The position numbers were made by a program, and so were the translations under genes. Under the pieces are notes generated by a model. The model ran no database searches and was not told where the DNA came from. It saw only the letters and a program-made list of their open reading frames with translations. This document shows positions 38,651-49,900 of a DNA stretch of 64,000 bases, in pieces. Positions within the stretch are counted from its first letter, which is position 1. The number at the start of each line of letters is the position of its first letter. Origin of the DNA: Macrostomum lignano (taxonomy: Eukaryota); the NCBI GenBank assembly GCA_002269645.1, contig NIVC01001523.1, positions 1-64,000 on the forward strand, written 5' to 3'.

Positions 38651-39139
38651 CCCTAATTCTCATCTCCAGTTTCCCTATAAAGATGACTACTGATAGCAGT
38701 ACGCTCTCAGCTGAGCCATAACACATCCCAGTTCCACTTTGTCATACATTCACGTTGATTCCCCCGCAAATGTCAAACATGCAGTGCAATGCAGCAGCTT
38801 AGCGAGTCTCAACAATCTAAGCAAGTCTACATTAGTAGGCCTGTGTTTTTCAATATAATACTATGGGGCAATGCCCAGGACTCAAACTGCTCACTACTCA
38901 GTCTCTCTGTTGCTAAGCCTAAGCTTCCTCACAGCATAGTCCCATTCTGTGGTAAATTTAGCACTGAGATCCTTCTACTCTCCCTGCCACAGCTCTCTGT
39001 TTTGTTTCATCTCAAACTGCTCAATCTAGCCGCCTACTGAACTGGAACTGGGTACAGTCTATTAATTTCTGCACTTCTCGTCCAGGTAGGAACTCTGCAG
39101 TCTCCAATCTCCATCAATTACTGCTCTCATCTTCTATCT

Positions 39140-39615
39140 CTCTTTCTACTCTTCGTCTACTCTCTCACATTTTCTAGCCTCTCTCTACTCTCTACTCTCA
39201 AATCTACTCTACTCTCTCACGAACTCTCTACTCTCTACTCTCTCTACTCTCTCTACTCTCTCTACTCTCTCTACTCTCTCTACTCTCTCTACTCCTTCTA
39301 CTCTCTCTACTCTCTCTACCTATAATCTCTACTCTCTACTCTCTCTACTCTCTACTTTCTAGTCTTTCGACACTCTACTCTCTACTCTCTCTACTCTGTC
39401 TACTCTTTCTACTCTCTCTACTCTCTCTACTCTCTCTACTCTCTCTACTCTGTCTACTCTTTCTACCTATAATCACTACTCTCTCTACCCTCTCTACTCT
39501 TTACTCTGTCCACTCTGTATTCTCTAATGTCTCTACTCTCTCTACTATCTACCCTTCATTTACACTTTACTCTCCCACTACTCTCTACTCTCTACTCTCT
39601 ACTCTCTCTAATTCC
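39140..39615. repeat. (CTCTCTA/CTCTA)n-type degenerate microsatellite
   Basis: Direct observation. Confidence 0.88.
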
Positions 39616-39844
39616 TTTACTCTCGCCTGTCGCTTTATCGCAAGCTGAAACATTCACTCAAAAATTCTCAACACAAATTTCAGCAATCTCTGCATTCTAA
39701 TTGCAGACTTAGAAAAGCGAGTGATAACAATGAGGGTCTTGTGTGGCCTATGCAAAAGAAATGAGAATAGATGCGCTTAGAGGACATTTGAATAGGTAAA
39801 AGCAATTGAGGCCTACGTAAACTGTAGAAAACTGTCACCTTGCC

Positions 39845-39982
39845 CTCCCACTGAGTCTGAATTCCCACTGAGTGTGAATTCCCACTGAGTCTGAATTCCC
39901 ACTGAGTCTGAATTCCCACTGAGTGTGAATTCCCACTGAGTCTGAATTCCCACTGAGTCTGAATTCCCACTGAGTGTGAGTT
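39845..39982. repeat. 17 bp minisatellite (attcccactgagt[c/g]tga)
   Basis: About 8 copies. Confidence 0.9.
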
Positions 39983-40937
39983 TTCCTCCGCAAACTGTCC
40001 TTATTCATCAGCGGGCGCATCACTTTATAGACTTTTTCTCGAGTGTTTTAACACAACCTAACCACTGACACAGCTTGAAGCCGCCTGAAATTCCTTTGAG
40101 TAATTAAAAAATTTTCATTACTCGTAGTTTTATGATAATATGAGGATTATTTAAGGATTACATGTAGGAAAATAGGGAGAGGAGAGAAAGGGGAGAGAGA
40201 GGGAGGGAGAAGAGACGAGGAGAGGGACAGGTAGAGGGAGGAGGCAGAGAGGGAGGGGTAGAGGGAGAGAGGAGGGTGAGAGTCAGAGGGAGTGGGAGAG
40301 GGAGAGAGAGAGAGACAGGGAGAGAAGGAGGGTGAGAGGGAGAGAGGTATGTGATGAATTTTAGTGTTATAAAATAAAATAAATTTTCAAGTTTAATCGA
40401 ATACCATACGAATACAGACAAAGCAGTAAATATGACTAATTAAACTAATTAAAAGGTCAAAAACAGCTACACTCCGAAGTATCTACTTTAAAAACCATTG
40501 AGTTTGTTTGGCATCGATCTCTATATTCACTTTACCCCCGAGCTTCCCTCTCGCTCGTCAATAAAAGTTGAATTCATCCCGACAACGCAGCCCCAATCTG
40601 GGAGAATCTCGGGAGGAGAGATGCAGGAAGCCTTCTGCTCGGTCGGAGAGTTGAGTAGCTGCCTCATCAAATCAGAGAGAGCCGGGGTCATTTTCGCCGC
40701 TATTAAAAATGTCTTAAAACCGATATTATTTAGCTATCGCTTAGCTAAGCAGGTACATATATATATGGGTGTTTTTTCAACCCAATATATCTGACTGGCA
40801 GGTGGGGATAGATCAGACAGGAATCTGATGAGGATGATGAGAGAGCTGCTGCTGCTGCTGGTCAATCGAGTATGCTCGGCTTGTTCATTATATTAGAGTG
40901 ACGGAACACTTCACAGCTGCTGCCCTCCAATCGTCTC

Positions 40938-41012
<75 letters not shown>
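40938..41012. repeat. (TC)n microsatellite
   Basis: Direct observation. Confidence 0.95.
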
Positions 41013-41015
<3 letters not shown>

Positions 41016-41194
41016 CTGCTCCTTTCGTCAGATCGATGGACCGCAGGACATGCCTTGGATGTGAGAGGGAGGCAGGGCATGGATAATGATGGCCCCTCAC
41101 TCCATAGGAATTGGAGCGTTTATCTGTTGTCTTAAATTTGTGCTACTTTTCTTATTCTCAGGGAAAGAGAAGTTGACATATACTCTTTTCTTTG

Positions 41195-41860
41195 TCAGAG
41201 AAGTAGACAGGTAGAAGTTAAAGAAGTAGACAGTTAGGAGCTTGAGAAGTAGACATTTAGGAGTCAGAGAAGTAGACAGCCAGGAGCTTGAGAAGTAGAC
41301 AGCTAGGAGCTTGAGAAGAAGACAGCTACGAACTTGAGAAGCAGACAGTTACGCTCTTGCGAAGTAGGCAGTTACGAGTTTGAGACGTAGACAGTTAGGA
41401 GCTTGAGAAGTAGGCAGTTAGGAACTTGAAAAGTAGACAATTAGAAGCTTGAGAAGTAGACAGCTAGGAGCTTGAGAAGTAGACAGGAGCTTGAGAAGTA
41501 AACAGGAGCTTGAGAAGTAGACAATTAGGAGCTTGAGAAGTAGACAGCTAGGAGCTTGAGAAGTAGACAGTTACGAGCTTGAGAAGTAGACAGGAGCTTG
41601 AGAAGTAGACAGTTACGAGTTTGAGACGTAGACAGCTAGGAGCTTGAGAAGTAGACAGTTACGAGCTTGAGAAGTAGATAGTCAGGAGGCGGGAGCTTGA
41701 GAATTCGACAGTCTGGAGCTTGAGAAGTAGACAGTTAGGAGTCAAAGAACTAGACAGCTTGTAATTATAGAAGTAGACAGAAGTTTGAGAAGTACATGTA
41801 GATTGATAGTTGAGAAGTAGATAGTGGAGAATCGAGTAGAGGTAAGACTACCTACCAGCA
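41195..41860. repeat. About 23 bp degenerate minisatellite (gagaagtagacagttaggagctt)
   Basis: Tandem periodicity. Confidence 0.88.
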
Positions 41861-42225
41861 AGATAAGGAGAGAAAGCAGTACTATGCAATGAGCAAACAG
41901 CCAATACAAATTAAAATTTATCATAAGGTATTACAATAGGAAAAAATATTAATTTCTCAAAGTGCCCCTATCGCTGCCCTGAGACACGGCATGGAATTCG
42001 TTTGTGTGCACTTCTTATGTGCGGGATTTCTGGTTAGAGACTTTTCAGGTTTACTTGTGGCAATTATTTTTTTTAGCTTCTGGGTGGGAGCTTCTGCCCA
42101 GTGGCTATGAGTAATGCTTTGCTTCCGGTAGGATAAATCCTCTTAGTCTCCAAAGCCCGCCGGTCCACGCAGCTTTTACCTTTATTAATTTGCTTATCTG
42201 GGATGCTGCTACTTATAGGTAGCTG

Positions 42226-42706
<481 letters not shown>

Positions 42707-43005
42707 GATAGAATGACTTTCGCACGCCATCGCAGCCATTACTTAGCTAAATAATTATTCCAACAGTGAACTGATTGCAGGACAAGGATAAATGGATAGA
42801 TCCCCATCCCATTGTATTCCTGCTCCGCATTAATGCGTGTAACTGAATGATTCTAAAATTAGATTCGCTGTCGATGACAGAAGCAGCAGAGCTCGTACTG
42901 AATCAATAGATAATAGTCGCGCGAAAAAAACAGTCGGGATGACAGACAGACAAAATAGCAGGCGACGTCAACAAGCGGCTCCTAGATTAGGATATATCAA
43001 AAAAG

Positions 43006-43963
43006 AGTGGACCAGACAGACACAGAGTGGACCAGACAGACACAGAGTGGACCAGACAGACACAGAGTGGACCAGACAGACACAGAGTGGACCAGACAGA
43101 CGCATACTGGACCAAACAGACGCATACTGGACCAGACAGACACAGAGTGGACCAGACAGACACAGAGTGGACCAGACAGACGCATAGTGGACCAGACAGA
43201 CGCATAGTGGACCAGACAGACACAGAGTAGACCAGACAGACGCATAGTGGACCAGACAGACACAGAGTGGACCAGACAGACGCATAGTGGACCAGACAGA
43301 CACAGAGTGGACCAGAGTGATATAAAGTGGACCAGACAGACACAGAGTGGACCAGACAGACACAGAGTGGACCAGACAGACACAGAGTGGACCAGAGTGA
43401 TATAAAGTGGACCAGACAGACACAGAGTGGACCAGACAGACACAGAGTGGACCAGACAGACACAGAGTGGACCAGAGTGATATAAAGTGGACCAGACAGA
43501 CACAGAGTGGACCAGACAGACACAGAGTGGACCAGACAGACACAGAGTGGACCAGACAGACTCAGAGTGGACCAGACAGACACAGAGTGGACCAGACAGA
43601 CACAGAGTGGACCAGACAGACACAGAGTGGACCAGACAGACACAGAGTGGACCAGACAGACACAGAGTGGACCAGACAGACACAGAGTGGACCAGACAGA
43701 CACAGAGTGGACCAGACAGACACAGAGTGGACCAGACAGACACAGAGTGGACCAGACAGACACAGAGTGGACCAGACAGACACAGAGTGGACCAGACAGA
43801 CTCAGAGTGGACCAGACAGACTCAGAGTGGACCAGACACACACAGAGTGGACCAGACAGACACAGAGTGGACCAGACAGACACAGAGTGGACCAGACAGA
43901 CACAGAGTGGACCAGACAGACACAGAGTGGACCAGACAGACTCAGAGTGGACCAGACAGACAG
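43006..43963. repeat. 20 bp minisatellite (gtggaccagacagacacaga)
   Basis: About 48 copies. Confidence 0.95.
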
Positions 43964-44444
43964 AACGGTTCGGATGGAAGCAGACAAATGATTTAAAGCG
44001 ATTTAACTGGTCAGCTATACATGCAGTCTATTGGCTCAATGCTGCCCTTATCGAGGACAAATATTGATAAAACATACGTGCTACATTAATCTCTATGCAG
44101 CTACATAACTGCCATCCCTTTTTCAATAGCCTTTATTATCAGAAATTGTATGCGAAACTGCGGACCACTTGACCACTGCTGAACCTCCTGGCGTTCGTTG
44201 GCGCAATGTCCCCGACTCTCTCCCTAGACCTAAAGATCCTGAGCTCGATTCCGAGCACACTCTACCAGCACCAAGGGATGTCAGCACCAAAGGATGTCAG
44301 CACCAAGGGATGTCAGCACCAAGGGATGTCAGCACCAAGGGATGTCAGCACCAAGGGATGTCAACACCAAGGGATGTCAGCACCAAGGGATGTCAGCACC
44401 AAGGGATGTCAGCACCAAGGGATGTCAGCACCAAGGGATGTCAG

Positions 44445-44692
44445 TGTTGTGTATTGCAAAGGCATGCGATGCGTAGGGGTAGTTCGGGGACAGCGTTTCT
44501 AGAAACTTCCACCGCGGACTTGTTTACGCATAGTTCCAGAAGTTTCCTTCCCCGGTCTTTCTAGAACTTTCCTTCCCAGCGTGCATAAATATACGAGCCG
44601 CCCTCCTATTGGCCAAGCCCTCTTTTGGTGCCACTGAGCGCCCGGATAATTATCTATCTTGTTTCTGCGTTCGTTAATTCAACAACAGAACA
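44445..44692 (+). mobile_element. Solo-LTR-like insertion (TG...CA termini, 5-bp TSD GTCAG)
   Basis: gat-GTCAG|TGTTGTGT...ACAGAACA|GTCAG-cac. The host unit has only one GTCAG, so it has been duplicated. The ends form a short imperfect inverted repeat (7/8), and promoter motifs lie inside. Confidence 0.72.
44497..44591 (+). promoter_or_regulatory. Three perfect heat-shock elements (TTCnnGAAnnTTC) plus a TATA-like box
   Basis: TTCtaGAAacTTC at 44497-44509, TTCcaGAAgtTTC at 44534-44546, TTCtaGAActTTC at 44559-44571, and CATAAATA at 44584-44591. Confidence 0.8.
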
Positions 44693-45989
44693 GTCAGCAC
44701 GAAGGGATGTCAGCACCAGGGGATGTCAACACCAAGGGATGTCAGCACCAAGGGATGTCAGCACCAAGGGATGTCAGCACCAAGGGATGTCAGCACGAAG
44801 GGATGTCAACACCAAGGGATGTCAGCACCAAGGGATGTCAGCACCAAGGGATGTCAGCACCAAGGGATGTATGTCAACACCAAGGGATGTCAACACCAAG
44901 GGATGTCAGCACCAAGGGATGTCAGCACCAAGGGATGTCAGCACCAAGGGATGTCAGCACCAAGGGATGTCAACACCAAGGGATGTCAACACCAAGGGAT
45001 GTCAACACCAAGGGATGTCAGCACCAAGGGATGTATGTCAACACCAAGGGATGTCAACACCAAGGGATGTCAACACCAAGGGATGTCAACACCAAGGGAT
45101 GTCAGCACCAAGGGATGTCAGCACCAAGGGATGTCAGCACCAAGGGATGTCAGCACCAAGGGATGTCAGCACGAAGGGATGTCAGCACCAGGGGATGTCA
45201 ACACCAAGGGATGTCAGCACCAAGGGATGTCAGCACCAAGGGATGTCAGCACCAAGGGATGTCAGCACGAAGGGATGTCAACACCAAGGGATGTCAGCAC
45301 CAAGGGATGTCAGCACCAAGGGATGTCAGCACGAAGGGATGTCAGCACGAAGGGATGTCAACACCAAGGGATGTCAACACCAAGGGATGTCAACACCAAG
45401 GGATGTCAACACCAAGGGATGTCAGCACCAAGGGATGTCAGCACCAAGGGATGTCAGCACCAAGGGATGTCAACACCAAGGGATGTCAGCACCAAGGGAT
45501 GTCAGCACCAGGGGATGTCAGCACCAAGGGATGTCAGCACCAGGGGATGTCAGCACCAAGGGGCGCCTACAGATCGTCTGTTACCTTTACTTGTTGGCAG
45601 TTTGGCTGCCAAACTACGAGCTAATTACATTCTTGCGATGGTTAGAATCCTTGATGAAATTTAACACCTTTAATATTGAGACTCTCAACTTAATTTTCTT
45701 TGTTTCCTTGCAGATTAACTTACATAGTATACAGTTATGAATTTCTTTATAACAGGTACTCATTTTAAATCCTAAATTTCAGTTTTGAAACCTGATCTCA
45801 CTGATCAATTTAATCTGATCTGAACGGAAGTTGTCAAAAAAGTTTATACTTTGCAACTTTAAACAAAGCTTTTGAAAACCTCAAACAATAGGGAGCAAAA
45901 CTTTGGGAACTTTGGGCTCATCAGTGCTAACGAAATCCAACAGGTATCAAGACGCAACGTTGCATAGCGATCTGAAGCACCTGTTTGCT

Positions 45990-46792
45990 TTAGACAGTAG
46001 ATTGAGACACCTGCTAGATATCAGGTTGAGACACCTGTTAGATATTAGACTGAGACACCTGTTAGATATCAGACTGAGACACCTGTTAGATATTAGATCG
46101 AGACACCTGTTAGATATCAGACTGAGACACCTGCTAGATATCAGGTTGAGACACCTGTTAGATATTAGACTGAGACACCTGTTAGATATCAGACTGAGAC
46201 ACCTGTTAGATATTAGATCGAGACACCTGTTAGATATCAGACTGAGACACCTGTTAGATATTAGATCGAGACACATGTTAGATATGAGAGTGAGACACCT
46301 GTTAGATATCAGACTGAGACACCTGTTAGATATTAGATCGAGACACATGTTAGATATGAGAGTTAGATACCTGTTAGATATGAGAGTGAGACACCTGTTA
46401 TTAATAGATATGAGAGTGAGACACCTGTTAGATATCAGACTGAGACACCTGTTAGATATTAGACTAAGACACCTGTTAGACATGAGAGTGAGACACCTGT
46501 TAGATATCAGGTTGAGACACCTGTTAGATATTAGACTGAGACACCTGTTAGATATTAGACTGAGACACCTGTTAGATATTAGACTGAGACACCTGTTAGA
46601 TATTAGACTGAGAAACCTGTTAGATATTAGACTGAGACACCTGTTAGATATTAGATCGAGACACATGTTAGATATGAGAGTGAGACACCTGTTAGATATG
46701 AGAGTGAGACACCTGTTAGATATCAGACTGAGACACCTGTTAGATATTAGACTGAGACACCTGTTAGATATTAGACTGAGACACCTGTTAGA
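45990..46792. repeat. 24 bp minisatellite (gagacacctgttagatattagact)
   Basis: About 33 copies; core ACCTGTTAGA. Confidence 0.93.
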
Positions 46793-46917
46793 TGCTATAA
46801 TAAGAATCCCTGCTAGATCGATCATGAAATGCCATAATTTTTCAGTCGCCAAGCAGTCGCAATCCAGCAGGAATATGAAACAGTTAAAAAACAAACAATA
46901 AACAAATTTCAGTCGCT

Positions 46918-49900
46918 ATGCGATCATTTCTTCGCGACCGACAGCGACTGAACGCGGCGGCGGCGGCGACAGCAGCGGCGACTTCTTCGCAGCTGTCGAG
47001 CGCAGAAGTCGGCGACGAAGCCGACATGTCGAGGCGGCGCGCGTCCTGCTTCCAGCACGGCAATCACGGAGGTGACGATAGCGATGAAGAGCAGAGGCTG
47101 ATCAAGGTAACAGTTTCTTTATTCCGGCATTGATTTTTGTTTATCTTGCCTTGTAAAATTTGTTATAATTTACGAATACGAAAGGAATTCTAATTGAAAT
47201 TCTCTTAAAAGGTTTACAAAAGTTAAATGAAGCAAAACCATCTCGAAAGACAGATTGTCTACATCAGCTCCGGCTTGTTGAAAGAGGCGATGGCGTCTGG
47301 ATGAGGACTGAATGCTGGAGAGACTGGCTAAGGATGTCCAGCAGTTGAGGTTTCTCCACTTGTCGAGGCTTGATCAGTTTGCAACACGTGTCCATATTCA
47401 CCTGGTGCCACCTGTTAAAGGTCCAGAAGCTTCGCTTGTGTGAAGTCTAGTGACCAAGGAAGTCAACCAAGGAAGTTGACCATGTGGTCAACGTGCTAAG
47501 GCGCAGTGCTGGCGCACAGGGGTACACTGAATACACTGGCGCTTATGGGAAAAATCCGACCTTCTGGCAGTGCTATTGAATATCTCGACGGCCCGGAAGG
47601 CTGGCGAATTGATTCTCGTTTGACAAGGTTGCGCAACAAAAGTTAGCCCTAAAGAAAGTTATTTGATTTCGTGTGCCTGGGTTTCTCCGAAATGGCTTGG
47701 TACTTGTATCCCTACTGATAAAACGAGCCATTTAAGATTTTCTAGGAAACAAAGTCTTATTTCTAAGAAATAAGAAACAAAATTAATTTAAAAAGTGGCA
47801 CGCCATCGACGAGTCGCAGTCCTACACCCAGACATCGTAAAAACAAGTTAAAAAGACGTTAAAGAAGTCAACACGCCCAAATTCTAGCAGTTTTTGAATG
47901 CCTAATTAAGGACTAAGGCCGATTGACGGACTTTTTTTGCTTTTATTCATTCCCGGCTTAATCTTTTCTTTACAAGTTGAACCTACAAAAAGAAAAGGTC
48001 AACTGGTTCGTGCTTTGTCAGAGATACTCGTAGTTGCACATTTTTAGACTACTCTATTTTCCAAAAATTGGAAGCATTAATTAAAACAAAGTTTAGAGTT
48101 TTTAAAATTTAAACTTCATATCACATCGTGACATCTATACTGGCTAATTAAATCTATTTGCAAATATATGAGATTCAATTTTGATAGTTTATGTTTCAAT
48201 TTACTTAAAAATTAAACTTTTGTCTATCATAAAAAACAAAAAATCTGAGTCGAAAAAAGTGAATTGAAAAATACAAACTCAAACAAATTATGTACAACAA
48301 ATGGCACCTCAGACTAACAAGGGATACTTAGGTGATTCACCTCTCAAACAGGTTACACTGTCCAATCAAACGGGTTACACTGTCCAATCAAACGGGTTAC
48401 ACTGTCCAATCAAACAGGTTACACTGTCCAATCAAACGGGTTACACTGTCCAATCAAACGGGTTACACTGTCCAATCAAACGGGTTAAACTGTCCAATCA
48501 AACGGGTTACACTGTCCAATCAAACTGGTTACACTGTCCAATCAAACTGGTTACACTGTCCAATCAAACTGGTTACACTGTCCAATCAAACAGGTTACAC
48601 TGTCCAATCAAACGGGTTACACTGTCCAATCAAACAGGTTACACTGTCCTATCAAACGGGTTACACTGTCCAATCAAACGGGTTACACTGTCCAATCAAA
48701 CGGGTTACACTGTCCACAAACGGGTTACACTGTCCAATCAAACGGGTTACACTGTCCAATCAAACGGGTTACACTGTCCAATCAAACGGGTTACACTGTC
48801 CAATCAAACGGGTTAAACTGTCCAATCAAACGAGTTAAACTGTCCAATCAAACTGGTTACACTGTCCAATCAAACTGGTTACACTGTCCAATCAAACTGG
48901 TTACACTGTCCAATCAAACTGGTTACACTGTCCAATCAAACGGGTTAAACTGTCCAATCAAACGGGTTACACTGTCCAATCAAACAGGTTACACTGTCCA
49001 ATCAAACAGGTTACACTGGATTTCAAGCTCAATGCAGTGTGTTTCTACACGCCCGAAATAATTCGAAAACCTCTTCCAACCCTCACTGAAGCGTCAAGTG
49101 TACATCTGCGTGGTGTTCATGAAAATCGGCGAAATTGACACCATCAAGGAGCAATTCGCTGCAGACGTGCTGATCAAAGCCAAATGGAGAGAACCGGAGC
49201 TTGACCATATGAACGCTCAGGAGGGGAGGCTTGTGAGTTATGAAAATCCTATTTCTCAAGTTCCTACCTCTCATGTTTCCCACATCCTAATTCCCATATC
49301 ACAAGTTTCGCACACTCTAATTCCCATACCACAAATTTCCCACACTTTAATTCCCAATCCTACAAGTTTTCCTACACCCCAATACCATCCCACAAGTTTT
49401 CCATACCCTAATTATCATCCCACAAGTTTCCTACCCCCTAAATCCCATATTACAAGTTTCCCACACCCTAATTCCCATCCTAAAAGTTTTCCTACACGCT
49501 AATTCCCATACCACAAGTTTATAAAAAAACTAAAGACTTAGGACTTATAAAAAAAGTCCTACGATAAACTTAGCTGAACTTTCTGCGTCCACTCCAGCAA
49601 TACGACTGGGCTAATAGCTGGACCCCGAAGCTCTACATCGAGAACACCATTGGTGAGAGCAAGGAGAACGTCTACCAGATGATCTCCTTCAACGAAGTCG
49701 GTCACGCGTTTTTATTCGAGAAGCGGAGAGTGTCCGGTGTATTCTTGGAAAATCTCGAGCTCAACCATTTCCCGTTTGATGTCCAGGTGAGGATGCGATT
49801 TGGGTAAGGAGTCAGGTGAATGATTGGGTCAGGAGTCAGGTGAGCTATTGGGTCAGGAGTCAGGTGAATGATTAGGTCAGGAGTTAGGTGAGCGATTGGG

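Larger units (their letters stand above)
44265..45565. repeat. 16 bp minisatellite (tcagcaccaagggatg) interrupted by a 248-bp insertion
   Basis: The same unit occurs on both sides of 44445-44692. Confidence 0.95.

Noticed and set aside
45895-45945. CTGATGAG on the minus strand as a hammerhead ribozyme core
   Set aside because: No stem II followed by GAAA and no stem I/III pairing could be built.
42939-46901. Several 150-370 aa ORFs (DQTDTEWTRQ, GCQHQGMSAP, RHLLDIRL)
   Set aside because: Satellite read-through in multiple frames and strands. The hydrophobic start at 44625 is a TTG inside the LTR-like insert.
47230-47720. GC-richer intronic block as a retroelement or nested gene
   Set aside because: Hand translation of the minus strand gave short ORFs with no recognisable motif, and no TSD or termini were found.
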